This document shows positions 52,426 through 64,000 of a stretch of 64,000 bases of DNA, piece by piece. A program made the position numbers and the translations under genes. The stretch covers positions 19,778,001-19,842,000 of the forward strand of contig CM060732.1 in the NCBI GenBank assembly GCA_030704615.1, read 5' to 3'. Position 1 is the stretch's first letter. Each line of letters begins with the position of its first letter. The DNA is from Takakia lepidozioides (taxonomy: Eukaryota; Plantae; Bryophyta). The notes under the pieces were generated by a model. It saw only the letters and a program-made list of their open reading frames with translations. It had not been told where the DNA came from and ran no database searches.

Positions 52426-55400
52426 TTTGGTGTGCACATGTGTTGTGTGGTTGTGGACAGCGATGTAGTTGTGTAGCAATATGTATGCGCACGACATATG
52501 CTATCTAAACCAAGTAAATGTTGGGATGAAGGGTAAATAGCGATCATCGGGGTATAGATAAGTTTTAATATATTGATTATAATATAACATGCATCCAATT
52601 ATAATTATAATAATTTGGAATATTCTTTAATTTCATTAGAATAGGGTTTTATTGGTAAGATCTGAATAACATATCTTAGTCAATTGAGCTATATCCTGAT
52701 TTTATCTTTATCCTCAGGGTAAATTTTGGCAATGTTGTGACGTAGGTATTTATATATACCCAAACAATATCTCAGATAGTATTTTAACGGGCCGGAGGGT
52801 AACTTAAAATTAAAGAAATCTATTAACCCGCCTCACACCTGGATTCCAGTTCAAGATGCCAACTTCCCCAAATGCGGAGGGTAAGTTAAAACCCATTTAT
52901 CCACCCAACATTGGTCAAACCGCTGTTGAATGGGTTTTTATATTTTAGATATCCCAACAACAAGCTGCATGTTGGAAGATTCCAGTTGAGTTGGAAATCC
53001 TCTGGTCTAGATCTCACCACCTAGTTAGAAGAGTCAAGCAGGTTTGGTTTTCAACTAGGGTACAGGTCCCATTGCCCGCGCAACTAAGCCAAGAGTATAG
53101 ACACACGATAAAGACACCCGGCCTGCGCCAATCCAGTCCTGCCGCAAAGGGTGGGGCCCAAATTAAACCCGAGCGGTGCAATAATGCAAGATAATTTGTA
53201 TTTTGTATCTCCAAGGTTTGGAGCCGCTCAAATTTGCATTTGCCCCCCCACATTTCGTCTACATAACGGGCTCCAAACCTGGCCCGTCGGTATGTTTGGA
53301 TCCCTTTTTGACTACACGTATCTGCAACCCACATTACTCCGGGCATTTTGTCATGGCAGTGACGAAGGACCTACTGCCAACGCAGCGAGGCGGATCCCCA
53401 AACTTGCCAGCAAGGTCAAGATAGTGAGGCACCATGCTTGCACGGCAACATGGTTCTTTTCTACTCCTCCGCTATCTTGGAAATTGGCCCCGCCAAATGG
53501 GCCGGTACAATGCATTTGGCGGGGCATTTTGGCTGGCACTGCTTAATTTAGCCAATATATCATAATTTTTTTAAGTTTAAAATACTTAAATTTATATGAT
53601 AAGTATGTTCCTGGTGAGATGTATTGCAAAACTATAATCAGGAAAGGTGAAAACATACATATAGATATATGTGTGTGTGCGTGCGCGCGTGAAAAGGGTT
53701 ATTTGTCTTATGTTTATTGCACATTTGACTCAATCATTGCAGATTGACACTTCTCCAAAAATGCATGCATCCATACATTAACCCCTAAAGGACAATCGGG
53801 AAATTACTTGCCACGCTCTAATTCCCATGGATGATATTGGATGAAAGTGAACCTTGAAGATGAATTGTACATGTCAGAGAGGAGCACATGTGGGAATTTA
53901 CAGCGCCAAAAAATCATAAAAGCTCTGCTCCCTAGAATTTTGCAAAGTGCCAAGGTTTCATGAAATCCAGTATTAGAGCACCATTGACCTGCCTACGTGG
54001 CAGTCAAATGGGCAATGTTCAAGAGAACATCTAGGGCTGAAAATTTATCATAATGCCAAATATTTTGGACAAGGCACCATGAAATGTTACTGTGCACTTA
54101 CTTACCAGTCACCTCATGGAAAGAAGCCAAAACAAGATTTTTTACCCCCCCAGATTTCACATACAAAGCAACCCCCCCATATTTTGGGCATTTTGGTCTG
54201 AGATTCTGGGAGATGACCTGTTGGTTGCCCCTTATCCAGATTTAGGAGGCCATTTCTTCAAGAAAAAATGTAAAATCACCAAATTTGCATGGTCAAAGCA
54301 ATTTTTCCTCTCTTTTTTTGTTCATGGTTTCAACTTGGCCAATTTTCTTTTGTTATAATATACTAAATGGAACGGTCAAAAGTGCTACAATTTTCTGAGG
54401 ACCTTCATGTAGTAGGTAGGGATGAAATGGAATGGTTCATCCAGCTGGATGTAAGGGGGGCGGGAAGTTAAAGCTATGAAATGGAGGGTATGGCCCACTT
54501 TTTGGGAAAACTCCCAAAAGTTAGCTCCTCCTTTAGGGGTTAATTGCAGGAGCAACATATCATTGTTGATCAAAAGCTGATCAGGCGTGACATGGTATCA
54601 TGGTATATTTTCTCTTAGTCTTTTACGAAGAAGCAAATGTTCTATGTATCCACGGCTCTCTTCTCTGCCATGGCAGCCTTTTTAGCATCTTTCTCTAGCT
54701 ACTCTCTCGCTTTCTGATCATTAGCTTTATCCTCTTATTCTATTCTTTTTTGTGTAAATTCAGCAATGTAACTTGGATCAGTAACCAACCTGCTCCTTCC
54801 AATGGTTTTGGGTGGTTGGATGCTAGGGAGAGATAAAATCGCAGACAAAGATCGATCTACAAACTCCATTCCATGTATCTCTGTGCTACTGGAGAGCCCT
54901 GTCTACAAACCAGCCCCTTTTTTTAAGGAAAAAAATAGCCAAAAAGCTACAAATAATATGGCGTTGACGTAGTTATATAAAAACATGGGATGAAAATACT
55001 TTGTTGGAGCCTTCATTTTTGTATCTCACTTTTGTTGCTATAGCCAGATCTATATAGGTACACCGCTAGATATCGCCAATGCAACCATCGTGTCTGTTCG
55101 TGTAGCCAAAGTGGTTAGAGCATTGAAGTGAGGTAGTCGCTCCCAAGATCGCTTCCTAGGCGTCGCCAGCTTAGCGCAGTCTTTCATCTAAGCTGTGTCA
55201 CCCAAATACAATTTGCATGAATGGATTCTCGCCAGGTGTGTCAAGGCTTTGATATGCAAGTACTCGTGTTTACATTGGCACTTATTTGCTTCAATTCCCT
55301 CTTTAAATTCAATCAATTTAAGGTACAAGGAGCGCCGTTTTGTAGAAGAGTGGAAGCACTGGCAACAAATGAGCTAACGACTGCTGTAACTGGAGTGGTT

Positions 55401-55959
55401 ATTCTGGTTACATTTTAGTTTCATTGCTGAAGTTTTTGTTCGGTATATAAAAAGAGCAGTGTCGAAGTTTTAAAGGAAAACTTGGAATTTGAGTCTGTTG
55501 CCAATTATCTCTCTTTATCAGGCCATGGAGCCATATATTTCAATTCAAAGTATCATGTAGTAGCCACTAGGTATGCTATTAAAAATTCCAATATTGGAGC
55601 CACAAATTTTGTATCCTAAAAATCAAAAATTACTCTTCGGTTTTACACTTCGCCAAAACTCAACCTGAATTTAAGTATTGTTGCCAGCTGTTACACCAAA
55701 AATTTGAATACGGTATAATCGCCAATTCAGTTTCATGCTGGCTGTAGCCATGTCTGTGAAACTTCATAAATGAAAAAAAATAAAGGGCTGCTTAAACAAA
55801 TCTGGTTGGGTTGAATAAATCTGTCTCTGCATGTTGTGCTTTTGCGAGGCGCACTCCAAGGCCTGCGTTCAAGAACGATTACCACAGGAAACCATTCAAA
55901 TGTAATGGATCTTTTTTTACCTGCAAATTGTTGAGAGCATTTTCATGATAGGATTCCCA

Positions 55960-56330
55960 TGTTGTTCTCCATTTTCACATTATTATCGACCTCTAGTGAA
56001 GTGAACATCTCTGCGAGCCCATACTCTTCATTTTGACTGACTGTTACCATCCTAGGGCCAGATGCCAAATTTTCAAAAACCCGATCTGATATTGTCAATT
56101 GACAAAGCTTTCTTCATGGCTTTAGCAATCAGCCCTGCAAGCATACTCTTTCTCACATCATCCTTGCCTTTTTTTATTGTATAGTGGTCATTCTCTTTAC
56201 GAAAATATCCCTTGAACGAACAAAAAACACTCACTTCAAGTGGTTGGAGTTTATGTGATGTGTGTGGAGGTAATGGCAAAATATCCAACCCCATTGATGA
56301 TGTCTTCTCTACAATATCTAGTACATGCAA
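55960..56330 (-). pseudogene. pogo/Fot1-type (DDE_1) transposase fragment
   Basis: LPPHTSHKLQPLEVSVF and NIRSGF*KFGIWP; a possible charged C-terminal remnant at ~54600-54900. Confidence 0.8.
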
Positions 56331-56607
56331 CGGATGTACATATTTTCTAGCACTTTATTTCTTGGATAATACAAAGACGCCGAAATGGATGAATTCCGTT
56401 CGCACACAATAACAACACCCGCATCCAAATACGGTTGACAATGTCCAGTTTTGATTTTGGTTACATGCCATAGCAACCCTTGTTGCAAACATAAAACTGG
56501 AGAGCTCTAGAGGCATCGTGGGGAGCCCTTGTTTCCAGCGGAGGAGGAAGAGAAGGAAGTCATTATACTTCACGAGCTCTAGAAACAGGAATAGAGCCAG
56601 ATATAGA

Positions 56608-59220
56608 ATGAGGATGGAAAGAGTGGACGAAGAGGAAAAGGCGGAAGAAGAGGGCAAAGAGGAAAGTATGGCGATGGAAGAGCAGGAATCCGAAGAAGAA
56701 CATCAGCTTGCCATAGTTCCAAGAACAGGTGAGGAGGACACTGCATCCGAGGGAGAGACAGACGCCGAAGATGATGTTGACGCTGGCCTCACGAAGAACC
56801 TCATAGTGGAAGAGAGGATGGGGGAGATGCTCCAGAACATGCGATGCGTGGAGAGCAGTCCGAAGCGCAAAGGGTCCCCGGCGATTGGGGAGTCTTCTGG
56901 AGCAGCCAAAAAAAATGTACAATCTTTGAAACCCACCTTTGTGCTTCATTGCTGATGTGAACCCCAGTTAAGATTGTATTTTGATATGAACATAGTCTAC
57001 ACACGACATCTCTGCCAGGTTGCATCAACCGCGAACAAGAAGCTCAAACAGTGTGCGTTGACGCACACTGTTTGAGCCTTCCATTTTGCTTGCTTGTTGA
57101 TGTGCGAAACGGCCAAATTGGGGAACTAGGGCAGGTTCAATCCACCATGAATTGGAAGCTCAAACAGTGTGCGTTGACGCACACTGTTTGAGCCCCCCAT
57201 TTTACTTGGTTGTTGGTGTGCAAAATTCTGAGACCCCAGCTCCGGAGGTGTCTTTGAGGAGAGAGAATGAGCGTATTGCAGCCACTGCCGCAGCAGCCGA
57301 CCTCGACATTCATGAACGAAATTTGGGGACTCTTGCAGAGAAGGAGCCTCCCGCTCAGGATACCCCGGGTAGAGAAAGAAAGGCAAAGGGAAAAGATGTT
57401 GCTGGTGTTGTGGGGAAAGGAAGGGGTAGAGGGAAGGTGGCACAAGGGCAGGGAAGTGTTGCAGATATTGGCCCAGTGGTGCATGTCCAGCAGACTCCAC
57501 CGCATGGTAGGGGATCCGTGAGAAAGAACAAGGGGGTGGTTGATCCCAAGGACCCGTACCATGCAGTGGAACATCCCACGAGGGTCATTCGCCCTACCAG
57601 GTTGGAGATGGCCAACGTCGGGTTCCTTGCCATGATGGAGTCCAAGAAATCTGATTTCAAGGGCGAGCCATCACCAGTGTGGGAGAGGATTGTGGAGTTC
57701 CTCGGCACGGTGCGTGTTCTCTTTTGCTTCTTCTCTGTTGTGGGCATGGATCGTTTCAATCCTCTTGAGTATTCCATTGTAATTTTGTTTGCAGGCTAAA
57801 ATGACCAAATCCTGGGTGAACAGGAAGGAGAAGCCATATGCAGCCGAACTCATCATCTTGGACATCCCTGATGGGTTGGCAGTCCCGGATGTCCCTCCAT
57901 CGGGTGCTTGTCCGGGTTGGAATGCTTTTGATGAGCGCTACTGGCGGTGGGTTTTCTCTTTTGCAATTTTTTCCTGTCCGATGCAGGTGTTTTGGTGCTC
58001 ATCCAGTCCATCGACGTTCGCTGTTCGCCAGCTATTTGAAAGCCTCGGGCATGAGAGTCGTGAAGACATGGAATTGTGTGAACAGCATGTACCTTATGAA
58101 GGGGGATCGTCCGGGAGAGATGGTAAATTTGCCTTCTTCTTCTTCTTCTTGGTGGTTCTCGGATGGAGTTGTATAGGTCGCTCGAACTCATATGTAGGGG
58201 CCTGATTTTTGAAGCTTCTTAGTTCCTTGTGGATGTCCTGTTCGCAGACTCGTTTGTTTGAAGCTGTTTGTCTCGTCCGAGTGCATCCACCAAGGACTCC
58301 GGCCGGCATTGCGGAGTTCGCCATCACTCATGGGGGCAAGTTCATAGACGACAGGACAGATCCTCCCACGGATGACATGCACCACAACTACGTCGATAGC
58401 AACGTGTGCTTGCGAATAGGGTTCCTTGGAGAGGGGCCAGGGAGAGGAGCCCGGCTTTCATTCAAACGATTGTGGAGTGCTGCACCTACACAGACGCAAG
58501 AGTTCTGGATTTGTCAATGGGCATAGGTTCGTCTCTTCAACATTAACATTTCATGAGGTTTGATTGAGCTTGCACTTTCAGCACTTCCCACCGTTCCAAA
58601 TGTGTCTTCAATGTCTGTTTCCTTCATTCTATTCCACTGCAGGTGCTTCGTACCACGCTTGCAAGGCCAGTGCGCGACATCTCTTTGGGATTGAAGGGGA
58701 TGTTGAGATTTACAAGAACCTCCTGATGGGTTTGGGTGGACACACTTCTCAAGTCCTTCCGAAGCCCCGTCCCGCTGATATTGATACAGAGGAGACTTCC
58801 GACAAGGAGCTGGACTCCGACTTTGCCTGTGAGTAAGTTCAACCTGTGGATGCTTGCATTGTTGTTTCAATATCGAGAATCACTGTTCTTGAGGCAAAGT
58901 TCACATGGGAGACATCCTCTTCATTGGACTTGTGCATTGCATCATTGTGTTCAAAATGGGTTTTTGTCGACATGTGCAGGAGTCCGCGTGCTTCCACTTA
59001 CCCTCTAGGGCTATCACACCTATTTGGACTTCTTTCCAGTCCTCCTCGGTCTTGCGTGCTACCTGTCTATGCGGAGGCACTCGCAGCAAGCATGTCCGTT
59101 CATGGCACTTGGTGTCCACCCATCGACGGCCGTGGTAGAAGACGTGGTGTTGGGGCCAGAATCTTTGTGGATGACATAGCACAGGAGGTCGAGACTGATT
59201 TTGATGACTGTGACACTTGA
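56608..59220 (+). pseudogene. Intron-containing beta-class N4-cytosine/N6-adenine DNA methyltransferase-like gene
   Basis: In-phase GT-AG introns 57710-57794, 58123-58247, 58527-58642 and 58833-58979; ELIILDIPDG (motif IV-like), LSDAGVLVL, PWRGARERSPAFIQTIVECCT...VLDLSMGI|GASYHACKASARHLFGIEGD (motifs X-I-II); about three frameshifts; 5' exon boundaries uncertain. Confidence 0.78.
57042..57193. repeat. Two identical 36-bp palindromes (17-bp stem, 2-nt loop), 116 bp apart
   Basis: GCTCAAACAGTGTGCGT-TG-ACGCACACTGTTTGAGC at 57042-57077 and 57158-57193. Confidence 0.95.
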
Positions 59221-59789
59221 TATGAAGTTTTCTTTTGGTTTTATTCGGGGCCAAATTTGAAATGGGATGGTTGTGTGTCCTTGTTGTCCTGTTTGCAATG
59301 TGTGCGTGGAATGCACATTCATGGGAACAAACTATTGTTGGAGATGGGGGTTGCATGGACTGCCCGGATTGATCTATTTAGTGTTTTGTGGACCTCACAG
59401 ACTTGAGTGCATTGCAAAAACAAACAAACGACTTTGGTTCATGTAGAGCATTCTCGCATCATTTGCTCGTTGGTCTCCAAACCATTCCTCCTAGAAGAAT
59501 GGTTGGTGAATCCATCACGGTGAAGTCCACCTCATCAAAGAGCGTTCAGGCATTCTCAAATCTAATGAGCATCCATGATGCTCCCGCACATACCTGGCAT
59601 GTTCGCAAGGGTGGTGAGTAAGAAAAGATTTCGCAGGGATCCGCTTTAGATGATGTCAGTGTGCACCTCCTCACGACGTACCCACATAAACTTGTGAGGG
59701 CTTGGTATGTTAATAACGTCTGGATGGATGCAATGGATACAATGGATGTAACATATCCACTCTGCATTCCCGGGAAATGGCTGATCAAC

Positions 59790-59885
59790 CCGCGGAAATA
59801 GGCCCTGTATGCATGCTGACGTGGCGTGAGCCTGTGCTGGGCTCACGGTTTCCTGGGCTCACAGGCTCACGGAATAACACCCCCC
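59790..59885 (-). mobile_element. Transposon terminus of the same family as 40073-41545, facing outward to the right
   Basis: Reverse complement GGGGGGTG...CGTGAGCCTGTGAGCCCAG...AGGCTCACGCCACGTCAGCA...CCTATTTCCGCGG matches 40073-40195. Confidence 0.75.
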
Positions 59886-61419
59886 GTATACAAGGAAGTT
59901 GTTGGGTGACCTAGGTGGCAAGGCGGGGTCCTGTATTTCCGTTTTGGAATTGTTGGTCGACTGGTCACAGCCTACATCAGGGGATATCATTTGTAAGGGG
60001 TCATGGATCCACAGGTAGAGCCTTTGGAAGAAGCTTGATAATATGTTTCATTTCCTACTGTTTGTAGTACTTTGGTAGGAAACCCATGATTGTTTCTCAT
60101 TTCACCACCATTTTTTTGAACATTGCCACCCCATTATAAAATCAGAAAGAGTTTGTTAACATTCAATTAGAGAATTCCCGTGTTATTTCATAGCAGCCAC
60201 TCGCATTCCATGCACCATAAACACAATGAAAATTGATCGCTCCAACCACAAATTTGTAGGGATTCGCACCACTCACCGCCCATTCACCAGCAATTCAACA
60301 GTATGCATTGATGTCAATCCATGCACCACAAACTGAAATGATATCATTGCCCAATGGGCGTGGTTCTATATTACAGCATGTGAACAAATGCATGCTCCTA
60401 CCAACCGGCTCCAAAGCATCTTCCAAATGGAAGACAATAATCCTTCGCGGTGAAGTGATACCATAAGTTGTGCTTGCTTCGACAAGAGTCTTCAAGGTTC
60501 CTTCTAATGCCGTAAGTAGGGCATACAGTTGCCCAACCTTCATCCAAGGACTCGAAAGTCCTTATGTACACCATACATACGTTATAATGGGTTGAGCCAA
60601 CCAGACCTTTAGCACACCGGCTGAAGGCAAGAGATGTTGTAGGATGAGATGCGACTATGTGAGCAAAGACAAGGTCACACATGAAGGAAAGACACAGAAA
60701 GAAAGAGCTGAAGGCCTATGCTGAAGAGGAAGGGGATGTTAGTGAAACAAACACCAGAAACAGTCAAGAGATGACAACAACTTGGTTGGCCATATTGGGT
60801 GGGTTGCGCATCTCACTTTGGTAAAAGTCTCTCTCTTAGGTCATCGTTACTCGTTTTGATGCGAATGACTAACTCCCAAATTAGCCCGTCGGCCAACTTG
60901 GAGCTTTAGCTACTCACTAGGGCATAATGGTCCCCCTGTCAGTGATCCTTGCTCCTCGAGCCCCTTTGTAAATCCCTATGGTTAAGGCAGTCCGGATCAC
61001 CTCCTCAGGTTTGGTCGTTTTCCGGCTCGTTCACTCATTTCATTGGCTTTGGTTACTCAACGGGCTCCAACCCATTCAAGGTCCCCACCACCCATTGGTT
61101 GGCCTAGGCCTCGCCCAGTAAGCTGTGTCTCTGCCCCTTTGGGTGCGGGCCTTTGCTACCCAAGAGGTTAGCTATTTCATGAGCATGAGCGGCATGAGCG
61201 GCATGAGCGAAGTAGTAAGACAATCGGTTTTCATGAGCAGAAGTACAAATTTTGAAAATAAAAAACAATTAAAAAAAACAATAAAAAACATTAATTTAAT
61301 GCAATGTGTCAAGAAAAACAAATATATTATTCGGCCCCTTGAAGGGAAAATTGTAGTTTTGACAGTTGTGCTCATGATATTTCGTCTTCCGCTCATGCCA
61401 ATTCCCAGCGACATGTGCA

Positions 61420-61860
61420 AATATGGCGCCGAATTTCGCGGTAATAGGGTCCGTAACCTGAAAAAACGGCGACGTATTTCGCGGTAATAGGTCTCTCTGG
61501 CGAAAAATGGTGCCGAATTCCGCGGCTATAGGTCCCATCATGACAGGTAATTCGGCGCCATTTTTCCAGTGCCTGTTCGGACTTAGCCAGTTTTCGGCGC
61601 AAAATAGGGAAATTCGGCGCCATTTTTCCAGACACTGTACCAATGCATGTTCGGACTTAGCCAGTTTTCGGCGCAAAATAGGGAATTTCGGCGCCATTTT
61701 TCCAGACACTGTACCAGTGCATGTTGGGACTTAGCCAGTTTTCGGCCCAAAAAAAAGAAATTCGGCGCCATTTTCCCAGACACAGGTACCAGTGCATGTT
61801 GGGACTTAGCCAGTTTTCGGCCCCAAAAAGAGAAAATCGGCGCCATTTTTCCAGAAATGG
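61420..61860. repeat. Tandem ~75-bp repeats (AATTCGGCGCCATTTTTCCAG...GGACTTAGCCAGTTTTCGGC)
   Basis: Four near-complete units plus partial upstream motifs. Confidence 0.88.
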
Positions 61861-62009
61861 CCCCACAACTGCTTTTGTTGGATCTCAGTTTGAATGGAAT
61901 ATTGCCTCATTCCAGGAGTTTTGGGGTGCATTTCATTACACTGCAAAAAAAAGTCTGATACAGCAAAATGCAATTGAAAATATCCATATGGAGGATTCCC
62001 TTTGCCCCA

Positions 62010-62290
62010 TCAATGATTTCTGGAATCCCTAAGGAGGAGTTTGTGCAGCTCGTTTATGCTCAATGCCGGTGCATGAATAAAGTCATCAATAGTCACGTTC
62101 ATCCTCAACCTCTTCAGGTAAATGTAATACAGATGCTTGCACGGATAATACTTCGAACCCTTCTTTGCTTCCATCAGCGAGAAGTCCGTACAATTGCAAG
62201 TCGGCTCCACTCCAATCGTAATTGTGTATACATCATCGCATGTTTGAACCGCCCACCTTGGAGCGAAAGGGCAAACTTCAACCTTTTGTT
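62010..62290 (-). pseudogene. C-terminal SWIM zinc finger, probably from a transposon protein
   Basis: VYTITIGVEPTCNCTDF...YYPCKHLYYIY (CxC-xn-CxH). Confidence 0.75.
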
Positions 62291-63134
62291 GGTGGACGGG
62301 AGGACCTGCAGCGAGAGTACGACAGAATAGGCATTGGGAAGGTTGGTGCAGGCCTCATGGCACGTGAAGGGCGTGAGGAAGTGAGAACAGCAGATCCGGC
62401 AATGGAGGTTGTTGATGCAGAAGCAGTAGGGCCCGTCCAAGCAAAGAAGAAGAAGAAAGCCAAGCACGTGTGATATATGTCAGATGTACTTCGCCGCCTG
62501 CCAATACATGGCGGCCTTCTTGCATTCTTTCAAATTCGGAAGTGTCGTAGAAATCTAATGCTAGTTAGATTCGCCATAAATGTTATGCTTCACATATGCA
62601 TCCACGTGTATCGTACTGCCTACCCTGTGGTTTGCATTTTGCCGTCATCGTCGCCATGGGGTCATTCGGTATAAAGGGTTGTGTCGGAAATGATCTTGTG
62701 TTGCACACATCCGTGCGAGGTGACTCTTGGAGTGTCAGTGTTTGTGCTGTGCTCTTCTGGCACAACACAACCTCATTACATTCGGGGTCTTCCTGTTTAC
62801 TGCTCTCCAGGGTTGTTGCCGTCTTTCCATAATGGATGGTTTCATGTCATGTTCAGGGTTTGTTTTTCATCCAAAAACAGCACGGCTTCTTGTGGCTTCT
62901 TGTGGCTTCTTGTCTTTGAAAACAGTTTTTCTGGTTGGTGTCTCTCAGCGTGGTTGTCTGCGAAGTTCAGTGCATGTCATTCCTACATCCTTTTGATGCA
63001 TCGCCCGCAGCCTTTGGGTTAGTGCTACCCTTGTTGACCTCAATTTGTTTGTGGTGGATCCCCTTTCGAGAATTACGGGCTATCAGTTCGGGGATTCCGT
63101 TGTGAATCGCAACTTTCGGTCAGCGTAGGAAAAC

Positions 63135-64000
63135 ATGTCGAGGGAGCGAGATAGACTCGCCCGATTTCATTCCAATGCAGGTAGTCTTCCACTGACTACC
63201 ACTGCATACGACGATGGGTTTGCAGTTGTTCATGAGGATGAGCTGGTTACAGTGTTCCCACTGGAATTGGGTTCTCTGCTTATTCAAAAAGAGGTGTATG
63301 ACGAGGATGGGAATTTGGATTCTGGACACTTGGAGAAACCATTGGTTGGCGAGTGTGGAAGGAAGTGGAGAGTCCTTCTAGGCACATACCGTGACCTTGG
63401 AAAAGAGAGAAGACAATCAGCAGGATCAGTCATTACCCCTAGAACTGCAGCATCGGTCGTGCAGCAAAAGGGCACAGTTCATGTGAAACAAGAGGTGAGC
63501 ACATCCACTACATTCGTGACTCTTTCAGACTCATCCTCGGAGGATGTTTCTGAGATTCCTCCGCCAGTGCAGACTCCATTCTTGGATGATGACGAATTGC
63601 AAGAGATAACGAGTGTCATTCCAAAATTGAAAGCCCTCGCAGGGGTGCCTGGGTGCAAGAGCGAGCTGCGTTTTGTTGATTGGGAGTCCTTTCGTGTGCA
63701 GCGGGTTCAATACGTGCCAGCAGAGTTTGATGGGGACATCTTGTTTGAGCTCAACCCTCCCACGTCTTCCAATGGACTGGCTGGGCTTCTGCAGGGCATG
63801 GACAAGAAATATGACGGACACCCTTGGTGCAGGACAAAAACGTCGAACATCCACAACGACATTGGATTGAAATTTCGAAGGTCGGTTTGCGTTGGGCATT
63901 GCAAGTGCCTGAATATTTCTTGCACTCGGATGAGAAACAGCGCTCAACCAAACGAAAGTGAGTGGGAAGGTGTGCCCCTGAATCCTTTCACCCCAGGACT
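63135..64000 (+). CDS. Open ORF running off the window; GCM-like Cys-rich DNA-binding domain, probably transposon-encoded
   Basis: No stop from ATG 63135 to the end (absent from the ORF track); YDGHPWCRTKTSNIHNDIGLKFRRSVCVGHCKCLNISC. Confidence 0.6.
   Translation, partial: MSRERDRLARFHSNAGSLPLTTTAYDDGFAVVHEDELVTVFPLELGSLLIQKEVYDEDGNLDSGHLEKPLVGECGRKWRVLLGTYRDLGKERRQSAGSVITPRTAASVVQQKGTVHVKQEVSTSTTFVTLSDSSSEDVSEIPPPVQTPFLDDDELQEITSVIPKLKALAGVPGCKSELRFVDWESFRVQRVQYVPAEFDGDILFELNPPTSSNGLAGLLQGMDKKYDGHPWCRTKTSNIHNDIGLKFRRSVCVGHCKCLNISCTRMRNSAQPNESEWEGVPLNPFTPG

Larger units (their letters stand above)
49739..52495 (+). mobile_element. Internally deleted DNMT-gypsy, copy 2 (DNMT, RT/RH/INT remnants, PHD, PPT, start of 3' LTR)
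   Basis: Colinear with copy 1; GWPCQGHS, ENV, RPRLWW present; most of RT-RH and the INT core are deleted; AGGGGGG PPT then TGTGATGG at 52234. Confidence 0.9.

Noticed and set aside
52700-54400. Short ORFs of 60-130 aa as genes
   Set aside because: No recognisable motifs or splice-consistent structure.
54911-55790. MITE inserted in the pogo fragment (CAGCCC...GGGCTG ends)
   Set aside because: The TIR is short and the TSD is imperfect; not enough support.
40073-59885. A single 19.8-kb transposon bounded by the two matching termini
   Set aside because: The left end already has a partner at ~41530 where the host repeat resumes. The flanks ACACAAGCA and GTATACAAGGA are not a clean TSD.
61420-61860. 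Possible CRISPR array or repeat-protein ORFs
   Set aside because: Whole-unit tandem repeats without unique spacers; the ORFs are by-products of the repeat.
1-64000. tRNA or rRNA genes
   Set aside because: None recognised; the only tRNA-related sequence is the 12-nt PBS at 19077.

Overview
Repeat-dense eukaryotic DNA, most likely a non-seed land plant (inference from PLS-type PPR fragments, plant LTR/CACTA/hAT/LINE families and short GT-AG introns). I found no intact host gene. The window is a nest of transposons and captured gene fragments. Its main signal is three different chromatin or DNA writers sitting in, or next to, mobile elements. (1) A Ty3/gypsy LTR retrotransposon has a complete C5-cytosine DNA methyltransferase between protease and RT, and a PHD finger after integrase. 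It is present as two damaged copies (28.97-33.85 kb minus; 49.7-52.5 kb plus) whose lesions complement each other. (2) An intron-containing beta-class N4-cytosine/N6-adenine methyltransferase-like gene (56.6-59.2 kb) lies just inside a terminal repeat of a DNA-transposon family that also occurs at 40.1-41.5 kb. (3) A spliced Cys-cluster/Pro-rich/SET-domain gene (35.9-37.6 kb) lies beside CACTA-like subterminal repeats. Other contents: a near-complete chromovirus with LTRs, PBS, PPT and 5-bp TSD nested in a gag gene; a PCH2-PPR-MIRO fragment chimera; L1-type LINE relics; CACTA and pogo transposase fragments; tandem hAT MITEs; and SWIM and GCM-like zinc-finger ORFs. All assignments come from motif reading by eye; no database search was run.
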